Source: a virus
Taxonomy: Duplodnaviria > Caudoviricetes
Virus record (IMG/VR): IMGVR_UViG_3300036768_001410
Span: 1-59,551 of that record
Direction: 5' to 3' (one strand)
DNA: 59,551 nucleotides
Shown piece by piece: positions 37,501-45,700 of the stretch. Positions within the stretch are counted from its first letter, which is position 1. Each line of letters opens with the position of its first letter. A program made the translations under genes and the position numbers. Under the pieces are notes generated by a model, which was not told the DNA's origin, made no database searches, and was given only the letters and a program-made list of their open reading frames with translations.

Positions 37501-40327
37501 TTTGATGGCGGAAGCCCGTGCAAGGGGTATGCAGGGTGCTCAGAATCTTTTGGGCACTAATGTACAGCAGGCGCTTGCTCTACGTCAGATGGAGGAGGTC
37601 AGAAATATTGAGCAAGCACGGTTGGCACAACAAGGTCAAGAACTAGCAGACCAGTTTGGGCTTGCCTATCGCGGTCAGAACCTAAATGCCTTACTTGCTG
37701 GACTGGCGGAATCTAGACAGGCTCAAACCGCGAATGCACAACTAGCCTTGCAACAAGCAGAGCTTGCTCAACGCGGAATATCCGCCGCTGGTGGTCTTGC
37801 GGGGCAGACGCTAGGTCAGCTGGGAGCATTGCGAACGTCAGAAGCGGAACTTGCTCAGCAGGCACAACTCGCACAGCGTCAATTGCAATTTGCTCAGGCA
37901 CAAGAAGCGACACGTCAGCAATTATCTGCTCGTCAGGCAGGTGTTCAGGCGGCATTAGGTACCGCAGAACTACTGAATCAACGTCAAATAGCACAGGCAG
38001 CAGCGGCAAGAGAAGCATTACAAGCCGCGCAGGCAGGGGGTCTCGACCTATCAAGACTTGCCGCTCAGGTCGCTACTACGCAAGCCGGCTTGACCCAAGC
38101 TCAGCAATTGCAAACACAGCAGCTTGAATACCAGCGGGCGGCACAAATAGATAATCTTAGAATGGCCGCCCAGCAGCTTGCGTTGCAGGGACAAACAGAG
38201 GCGGCTCAACTCCTTACTCAACATGCAGACCTTCTCTCTCGTAGCACATTAGCCGAGCGCGGCATGACTCTACAAGAGCGCCAACTGGACGTTCAACGAG
38301 CGGCACAGATAGACGATTTACGTCTCCGCGCTCGTGAGTTAGAGCAACGCGGGCAGATAGAAGCCGCACGTGCGTTGAATGAACAGGCAGATATCCTTTC
38401 CCGGCAGACATTGTCGGCACAGGGTATTGCCTTGCAAGCGCAGGGACAGCTGGCGGGTCAGCAGCTCGATGTAGCCCGTTTGGAGACGCAGCGTGCGGCA
38501 CAGATAGACGATTTGCGCCTTAGAGCGCGTGAATTAGAGCAGCAAGGTCAGATAGCCGCCGCGAGGGAATTGAATGCACAAGCAGAGATACTTGCCCAAA
38601 CAACCTTAGGGGCGATTGGGCAGGGGTTACAAGCTCAGCAACTAGCGGGTGCTCAGCAGCTTGATATAGCACGACTTCAGGAGCAGGCCCGTCAGTTTGA
38701 GCGTAGCACATCCCTTCAAGCGGGATTGGAGGCGCAACGGCTTACTCAGCAAGGGCAAATAGCGCGTGCTCAGGGATTGATGGACGTAAATAGGACGGCG
38801 TTACAATCGGCATTACAAGCCGCAGGATTGGGTCAAGCAGGGGAACAATTCGGACTACAATATGCTCAACAAGAACGATTGACTTCCGCCCGGAATCTGA
38901 TTGATTTTACGAACGTGCTTCAATCAGGAGAACTCAGCCGGGCTCAAATAGGGGAGCAAGCGCTACAAGGGCGCCTAGATGGTTACTTGAACGCAGTAAG
39001 GACGTTGGCGACTAATGCCCTTCAATATGAAGGATTGGCGACTACTCAACGAGAACAGGCTAATGATGTGCTACGTATAGCCTCTGGCTTACAGGCAGAG
39101 AGGGAAAGAACCGCAACTATTGTGAAGGAGCTGGAAAGCCAAGACAAAGCTAGGGAAGCCGATAGCGTTCGCCAATTTTATGGTGCCCTTATCCAAGCCG
39201 CAGCTGCGGTTATAGCAACAACACTTGGTAGAGGTGGCGGGGGGATTTCTTTTGGAATAGGACTAGGCAATAGTGGGAATAAACAACGAGGAGGCGCCTC
39301 TGTATCAGTAAACATTGGCGGCGGAAATAAGGGTACCGGAGATAATCAGGGTACCGGAGGTAATCAAGGTACCGGAGAAAATCAGGGCACTAGCAATAAT
39401 CAGGGTACCGGAGGAAATCCAGGTACGGGAGGAAATCAGGGCACAGGAGGAAATCAAGGTGCCGGGGATAATGATACTTTTTACGCGCCGTCAATTAATG
39501 CGGGGGAGCCTAATAATACTCGGAGCACTAATGAGCGAGGGAGGATAAGTGGTTATCGTGGGATGGAAGAACTTCCTATGGCTCCGCAAGCGCCGGCATC
39601 GCAGACTGCCGCTGCTACGGCAAGAGGGTTTGAATCCGATGCTAGAATGATTGCCCAGCAGACTACCAATCCAGCGGCATCTCCGTCGGCGCAGGCACTA
39701 TCTAGATTGAATACTGCGCTAGATTCTATTAGCAATTTATCTAATGATGTATTGCAGAATGTACCATGGAATGAGTTCCGTAATTCCATGACAAACTTGC
39801 TACGGACATTGCCTCCTAATATACCAGAGGCCGCTTCCATTGCCTCAATATTGGAAAACTATTCTCAAGGTGGTAGGTTGTGGTCAGCACAAGCAAACGT
39901 AGAGAATAACCCTCAGCTACGAGCTCAAATGGTAGGTGAGGTTTTGAGGCGTCTGAACGATGTAAGAGCTACTCTAACTGCTAATGTTTCTAGGGAACAA
40001 CAAGCTGCTTCCCAACAATCACTTGGAGGCATTGAGCAACAGGCACTTCAAAATGCACTTCAGACAATATCGTCCTTACGACAGAGTAATCTAGGTCAGA
40101 TGGACTACGGCACGGCGTTGAATACCTTGTATGGTGCGTTGAATAGATTTCCGGGAGGATTTTCCGCTCCTGAGATAAGCGCATTGGCAAATAGTTATAT
40201 TCAGGGGGGTGCTAATTGGAACGCCAATGCTAACATATTCAATAGCCCCCAAGTAAGGGCACAAGCGTTGAATGCGATTTTGGCTCAAGCGGAGAGTGCC
40301 CTGAGGAGACGGTTTCCTAACGCATGA
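34553..40327 (+). CDS. Very large Gln/Ala-rich internal virion (ejection) protein
   Basis: 1924 aa, long Q/A helical region, late TM-like segment, GxNQGT repeats; podovirus ejection-gene position. Confidence 0.6.
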   Translation: MPPIYDPLSTVILNTNNILGNSRTSQSGTSQSGINQFGTSTSTANPFQNEMLDVWNRTGDIAQVIRLIQQRNAGQATSTTGGIFSPTTTTASTGSVFRPTTTTTGGIFSQTTTTTTGQVFPSITATSVLDALNNAARENNSSLGNNSSTDNIYNETYGIGAPGAPGAPGWPSGININVNSAAGTTTVEIGPDKVGARHTFTFSNLRDLWGQLRAIFSNETVDSIRSKIKSIFLKMGKTPPSDDEISKVASDYGESVGGGRSGGGGGNNNGGNPGGNPADYYTTTGIVSTGIFSTGIPDNFSSSAGFNPGYQPPRQDNTSATTTWADLKVNPENTKSVSAGSGWNNVGNWTWDQALGAQFSDLRRMNGFQNPNAGRLFNYANEGFEDVLRNLRSIYDQEIPFGTESRQAIPQLRSALVGGLGTQSPEETALQRALSSFARSGLTQSGSAQQSLLDALNALGGNVSAVSPNGDIPESLIRLSQSGTPQDTAVQQALTRMLTQTGITNAALNQLLSPTGAGFTPSNLSGLRDVSLPGMGQDFQSSLGRMLSQTGITNAALNQLLSQTGGEFTPSALESLSSAVKTQAPLRPGDPGYDPRWDRERPYDPVRNPMGYRSDIQDIARTASQLSGFQPAALQNVPAAPSAPQLGTIDTRAASNAQAALFSQATQNALSGTNPAIERLLWGVGGSAAADALYNYNPTAQLQTPTTTTPQAITADQTQLGNINAAVSQLLNQQTPNVGVSQDEVMRRAFNRALMISDLQPGMEGYDQGWDRTHPFNPITNPEGYRTPVTISAPSENIQAFGEADRQRQILDQAIQQQLSPEQLSEVQAVRGANVGVSADTAQSRYYQTLVEQGLPAFQAELLARALGQTTEAQRAAEEAQLASAARAQRLFLANDPYSLGGRGLAGSGIGQGIAAREMSRAMRDVVEQQAQQRFAAQQAAAQQYAALNAELAARQLAQARLGLDTTTTQAGLNLQQAATAANLMAEARARGMQGAQNLLGTNVQQALALRQMEEVRNIEQARLAQQGQELADQFGLAYRGQNLNALLAGLAESRQAQTANAQLALQQAELAQRGISAAGGLAGQTLGQLGALRTSEAELAQQAQLAQRQLQFAQAQEATRQQLSARQAGVQAALGTAELLNQRQIAQAAAAREALQAAQAGGLDLSRLAAQVATTQAGLTQAQQLQTQQLEYQRAAQIDNLRMAAQQLALQGQTEAAQLLTQHADLLSRSTLAERGMTLQERQLDVQRAAQIDDLRLRARELEQRGQIEAARALNEQADILSRQTLSAQGIALQAQGQLAGQQLDVARLETQRAAQIDDLRLRARELEQQGQIAAARELNAQAEILAQTTLGAIGQGLQAQQLAGAQQLDIARLQEQARQFERSTSLQAGLEAQRLTQQGQIARAQGLMDVNRTALQSALQAAGLGQAGEQFGLQYAQQERLTSARNLIDFTNVLQSGELSRAQIGEQALQGRLDGYLNAVRTLATNALQYEGLATTQREQANDVLRIASGLQAERERTATIVKELESQDKAREADSVRQFYGALIQAAAAVIATTLGRGGGGISFGIGLGNSGNKQRGGASVSVNIGGGNKGTGDNQGTGGNQGTGENQGTSNNQGTGGNPGTGGNQGTGGNQGAGDNDTFYAPSINAGEPNNTRSTNERGRISGYRGMEELPMAPQAPASQTAAATARGFESDARMIAQQTTNPAASPSAQALSRLNTALDSISNLSNDVLQNVPWNEFRNSMTNLLRTLPPNIPEAASIASILENYSQGGRLWSAQANVENNPQLRAQMVGEVLRRLNDVRATLTANVSREQQAASQQSLGGIEQQALQNALQTISSLRQSNLGQMDYGTALNTLYGALNRFPGGFSAPEISALANSYIQGGANWNANANIFNSPQVRAQALNAILAQAESALRRRFPNA

Positions 40328-40340
40328 GGAGTAAGGTTTC

Positions 40341-42569
40341 ATGCGATTTCTTCCTAAAGGTAGTGCCAACAGATACGCCGCGCTGACGGGAATCCTGGAG
40401 GGATTTACTGATGCCCTGAATCTGTATCAGCAACGTAAGATTGAAGAAGCAAATCAAAAGCTCAAACAACAACAGGCGCTACTAGAACAACTCTATCTCA
40501 ACGAGCAAATAAAAAGTAAGCAAGAGGAACGAGCCCGTGCTGAGAAACAAGATACAGAAGAAACGCAAAAGAAGGACGAAATCAACCGCGCGTTTAATAT
40601 TGTGAATACTATGCATGAACATAGCCCGGATGATGTGTGGAATGCAATTATGACTTTGGAAAGATACAATGTTATAAGCCAAGAGTCGCGTCAACTTTAT
40701 AATAACGCATATGCTGGCTACCTTGCAGAAAAGCAATTACAAGAATCACAAACGTCTAATGCTCCATTAGGGGCTATCACAACGACACCGCCGTCCCCAA
40801 TGTCCTCACTGATGGCGCCTGCGGCGCCTCTGTCTTCACCAGTTACTACACCGACGCCGCCGGCAACATCTTCGCCTACAGAACCCACGACGCGTCCACT
40901 TTCGTCAGCTACTACACCAACGGCGGGACGAAAGCCTCAGAATCCAGTAGCCAGAGCTGTATTGGAAGAGCACCTTCAGCGCCAAGAAAAGGACACGCTT
41001 GATAAAAGACTGAAAGAATTACAGCTTCAAGTTTATGCACAGAACTTAGAAGAGGGTAAGGCAAGAACGGCCGCATTTGAACAAGAGCAACTACATAAAA
41101 AGACACTTTATCCTTTTGAGGAGAGAGAGGCACAAGCAAGAGCAGACAAAGCGGAACTTGGCCTTCAAGCCGAAAAGCAAGCGCAAGAGAGAGAACTCAA
41201 TAGGATAGACACTATAAATAGAATGAGCAAGGCATTTCACGACCGTGTGAATGAAAGTGGGCATACAGCGGAAGTGAAAGAATATCTCCATGCTCTAATA
41301 GATACTGAAGCAGAGGCGGCGAAATTTAATCCAAACATCTCGTTTGGTAGCGCGGAGTTACGGAGCGCTGTCTATTCATCAGAATCTACCGCATTAGAGG
41401 TTAATAGAAAAGCACAGGCGCTAGACGCTGCTCTTAAGGCGAATGGATATAACGAAAATGATCCTAACTACAAGGTTATAAAACAGATAGCCCTGCATAA
41501 GGAACTTCTTGGAGAGAATCAACCCCTTCCACCAGGCCTTGCTACAAAGCTTGGGGAGATGTATTCACAAGGACTTGACCCTAAAATAAAGGGCACCGTA
41601 GCGAATGTCTTATCTTTGACATTCATGGGAGTACCTGCGAGGTCGATTGAGGAACTGGTCTTGCCTAAGAAGGAGCAAGTCCCCCCGGACGTCGTGACTC
41701 TTAATACAAAAATTGCTCTGGTAAACAACGCCGTTTCTAGACTAACTAAGAATCCCGACGACAAAGGTGCGAAGGCTCTCCTTATTACTGCTTTAGGAGA
41801 CAAAAGCACGCTTGTAATGAAAGCGCTTGGAATAGATGTCCCCGATGAACTTACTCAGAGCGATATAACAAACACGGAGAAATTTATTAAGAGTAGGAGC
41901 GCGGAGGACTCTGCAAACGTACGAGCGATTCTTAGTAGGTATGGGCTTATTGTACCGAATGCGAATGGTGCCGGATACACAGTTAATATGGCTCCTCGCG
42001 AGCAAGATAAAGAAGCTGCCCAAAGGGCATTGGATGCTTTTTATAAAGCCAAATCTCAGGAAAGAGGTAACGTTTATATTCTTGAAGATGATGTGCTAAC
42101 CTTTCTTTCTCATCTTTTTGGTGAGAACTATACTTCGGATGTGAGTAGTAATTATAATAATGTTTATTTCTCCCTGCCGTACCCATATATAACCAGAGAA
42201 CTTACTACTTCCTTTTTATCCCCCTCTAGAACCTCGCAGGCAGGTGTGGGGGAAATGACTACTGAGCAAAAGGCCTCGATGGCTAGTGGATTGGGTGCGT
42301 TCGGGTCGGTACAATCGCTACCCTCACCTAGTAATACCGCCCGTACCCCCGCTTCACCAAGAGCCTCCTTACCTACTGCATCGAAGAAACCCGTAGATAT
42401 AAATGTGAGTATGGCAAGCAATATCTATAATAGGCTTCTTACTCAGGCTCTTCGTAAAGGACTCCCTATAACTGGATTAGATATTGCTAGCGAAGTAGAT
42501 AAAATAAGTCCTCAAAATAGAGATGCCGTTTTACGTGCTCTTGAAAACCTTTTGCAGAGGAAACCGTAG
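40341..42569 (+). CDS. Internal virion (ejection) protein
   Basis: Coiled coil with a Pro/Thr linker; position after the first ejection gene. Confidence 0.55.
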   Translation: MRFLPKGSANRYAALTGILEGFTDALNLYQQRKIEEANQKLKQQQALLEQLYLNEQIKSKQEERARAEKQDTEETQKKDEINRAFNIVNTMHEHSPDDVWNAIMTLERYNVISQESRQLYNNAYAGYLAEKQLQESQTSNAPLGAITTTPPSPMSSLMAPAAPLSSPVTTPTPPATSSPTEPTTRPLSSATTPTAGRKPQNPVARAVLEEHLQRQEKDTLDKRLKELQLQVYAQNLEEGKARTAAFEQEQLHKKTLYPFEEREAQARADKAELGLQAEKQAQERELNRIDTINRMSKAFHDRVNESGHTAEVKEYLHALIDTEAEAAKFNPNISFGSAELRSAVYSSESTALEVNRKAQALDAALKANGYNENDPNYKVIKQIALHKELLGENQPLPPGLATKLGEMYSQGLDPKIKGTVANVLSLTFMGVPARSIEELVLPKKEQVPPDVVTLNTKIALVNNAVSRLTKNPDDKGAKALLITALGDKSTLVMKALGIDVPDELTQSDITNTEKFIKSRSAEDSANVRAILSRYGLIVPNANGAGYTVNMAPREQDKEAAQRALDAFYKAKSQERGNVYILEDDVLTFLSHLFGENYTSDVSSNYNNVYFSLPYPYITRELTTSFLSPSRTSQAGVGEMTTEQKASMASGLGAFGSVQSLPSPSNTARTPASPRASLPTASKKPVDINVSMASNIYNRLLTQALRKGLPITGLDIASEVDKISPQNRDAVLRALENLLQRKP

Positions 42570-42649
42570 TCACGACGCCTCCCCTTCATTGGCTTCCATC
42601 TAAGCCCATACGTATCTACCGCTTCCTAACCAAACCGACGACAATATCA

Positions 42650-42776
42650 GTACAAACGCTGCTCAACCGCAGCATTCTAGCGAACCTCTAGTAACGGGTG
42701 TATACTTTTGTAGACACTGTATACTTTTGTAGACAGTGAGCTTGACAAAATGTCGCAGTCCCTTGACAAAATGTCA
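42650..42776 (+). promoter_or_regulatory. Late-promoter variant followed by two pairs of repeated operator-like sites
   Basis: GTACA-N17-GCATT; TGTATACTTTTGTAGACA twice; CTTGACAAAATGTC twice. Confidence 0.55.
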
Positions 42777-42793
42777 TGGTCTAGAAAGGTAGG

Positions 42794-45700
42794 GTGAGGG
42801 CGATGCGTAGTACGCCAATGTCGACGGCTCTTCAGAGGGCGCGGGAGGAGCAGGAGGCTCGTGAGCGCCGGCTTCGGGAACTAGCGGATGCGATGAACCG
42901 GTCAATTGGGTTTGCCGGTGCTCGTGATAATTTGTCGTCTGCGCCGGCTTTGCCGGTATCTCGTCCTGATGTGGGGATGATGACTACGGCTCAGCGTGCT
43001 CAGGTTGCACGGGGATTGAGCGCATTTGAGCCTCCTACGGCCTCGGAACGGCATGCTCTTGGTATCCAAGTATCCAAGGGGCTACTTCCTTACGAACACG
43101 CCCCAAAGGCACTCCCGTCCTTGCCTTCGCCGCCTTCGCCGTCTTCGCCACCCTCTCCGTCTTCACTGTCTTCCTCGGCGCCTTCATCGCCATCACCATC
43201 TTCATCGCCGTCTTCCTTGCCAGCGCCATCTGCTCCGGCAGATGTAGTATCGGAGGATTCTAATGGGGATGCGGAAAGTGGGCGTTATCAGCAGCTCGCT
43301 GATGCAATGAATCAAGCGTTTGCTAGGGAATTGGGGCAACAAGGGCCGCAGGGCACGCCGCGATTTCGAGGTCATGGTGCCACTGCAGAGATACCGGAGC
43401 CGGAAGTCCCTATTGGAACGTTCATCAAGCCGGAACTTCGAGAATGGGCACGTAATCCCCTTCGCAATCCTTTGAATCCTCTCGACCCGCGCAATATATC
43501 TTTCCTTTCTGCGTTGGGCGCAGAGGCGGGGCTTGTTGCTGGAAAGACCGTTCAGGAGACGGTGAAGGGAATCGTAGGGCTTTGGACTGCTACGGAGAAT
43601 GAACTCAAGCAGATGCCGGAGACTATCCGTAGGAATAGTCGTTCTATTGTGGAATCTGTAGGCACAGCGGCAGGATTGCCGGAGGAGGATATTCAGCGTG
43701 GAGTATCTACTGCATCGGTGGTGTCCTCCGTGGCGGGGGCGCCGGCATCTGCCGCCGGGAAGGGCATGGAGCTTCTAGGGCGCGGTGTCGTTCAGGGGTT
43801 GATTTTGCCCGCATTCAATGCCGCGCAATCCGCGTGGTGGGGAGTACTTACGTTAGGCAAGGAACAAACGATAGGGCGCCTTGCAGGGAAGGAACCTACT
43901 CTTGGGTTGTCTGAATTAGGGGGCGCGGTGCTTGGTAAAACCGAGCCTATTGAGGCGCGCCGTTTCCTCTTCGGAGAGACGCCACGTAAGGGGAAGCAAC
44001 ACCTCATAGAAGCCCGAATCCAGAACATTCGCGGGGAACTTTCCGATGAGGAACTGGTCAAGGCCGTCCGAATGGAGGCGATGAAATCTATTATCTCCGG
44101 CGCGTCTAATATCCTTTTTGACCCACTCAACTGGATTACGGTAGGGGAGGGAACTGCGGCGAAAATCGCCGGTCGAGAAGGCGCCATTGCGCTTACTCGT
44201 CAAGGCACGCGGCGGCTTGCCGAAGCCATTGCCCTCGGCTCAGAAAAAGCAAAAGGGTTGGTGCAATTAGAAAAGAACGTTCTCGTGAACCGTACTCTAG
44301 AAGAAGCCAATGCAATTCGCACTGGAGCATCTGACCTTTCAAGTGTCATCCAGAGAACGGTTTCCCCTCAATTTACCGCGAAGAGTCAGATTATCAATCC
44401 TTCTATCGCGAAGGATTTGATGGCACGTGGATTTAAGGATGCGGAAGTAATAGACCGTGTAGGGGAAATAACCGGTCGAGCCATACAACGTGAGGTGGCT
44501 GATTGGCTAAAAGACCTTCAGTTCATCGCGCGAACAGGAAAGCGTAAACTACCGGATGGAACCATCCAAGCAGTAGCCCCGCAAGAACGCGCCTTTGCCA
44601 AAGGGTTCATTCGAGAGAACGTTGCGTCCGGCCTGCTTCACGTCAACTATCCTACAGTCACTAAATCAAGCACGGGCGCGGTTCGTCTTGCCATGTCCGA
44701 GAAGCAGTTCCTCGACGTAGGAAAGTACGCCGCAATTGCATCTACGATACCTCAGCTTCAATCAGTTCAAAAGGCCGTAGAAGGCGCGCTTGCGGTTCCC
44801 TTGAGTCTCATCTCCAACAACTGGGTTACCGACTGGAAGAACCTTGGCCGCGGCGGCGTTCAAGGACGTGTTCCCCCAGTAGTGGCAAAGCTTATCGGTA
44901 TCAGCCGAGACAACATGATGTTCCGTACCCAGGAGGTGCTCAAACGACTTTGGAATACCGCCGTTGAAAACAATTTAACTCCTGAAGAATCGGAATTGGT
45001 ACAAACCGCTCTTGATACCGGTCGGAGCTTAGATAATCCGCGACTGGAATCCTTGCGCCAGTCTTTGGCTAATGACCCCGTTGTCAATGAAGGCATCCGC
45101 GATGGAAAGCGTCTTCTCGACCTTCATACTCATATCCTTCGAGCCTACCCCGATATTGATGCCGCTGATGCGACGACTATCCTCTCGGCTATCAAGCGCA
45201 ATATTTCCCTTGAGAATCCGCGCTTAGAAGCCGTTCGAGCACAGGTAGCCGATTTATACAAGGACATGATTCGGATTGAACAGGCATCGGGGTTGACTAT
45301 CTCCGAGATTGAAGAGGGATATGCTCCGCATGTCTTACCGCCATATCGAGATGCCCTTAAGCAGACCAAAGAGCTATTGAAGCGGCGCGGGATTAGTAAA
45401 GAATCCCCTGAATGGGAAACAACCATCCGACAAGTACAATCACGATACGAAGAGGAAGGCTTCCTGAAAAAGGCAACTACCGGCAAGAATCCCGCCTTTG
45501 CAAAGCACAGAGGCCTCTTCTTACTAACATACCAAGACGAAGCCGGAAATCTCCAACAAATTATTGCTTCCCCATCTACGTTGCTGGCTAAGCCAACTAC
45601 GTTGGATAAGGTGCTTAATGGCATTCTGGCGAAGCCTCTCTCTATAAGGGAAAAGCTTAGTCAGCGTATTGAAGACTACAACTTTTCTATTCAGCAGTTA

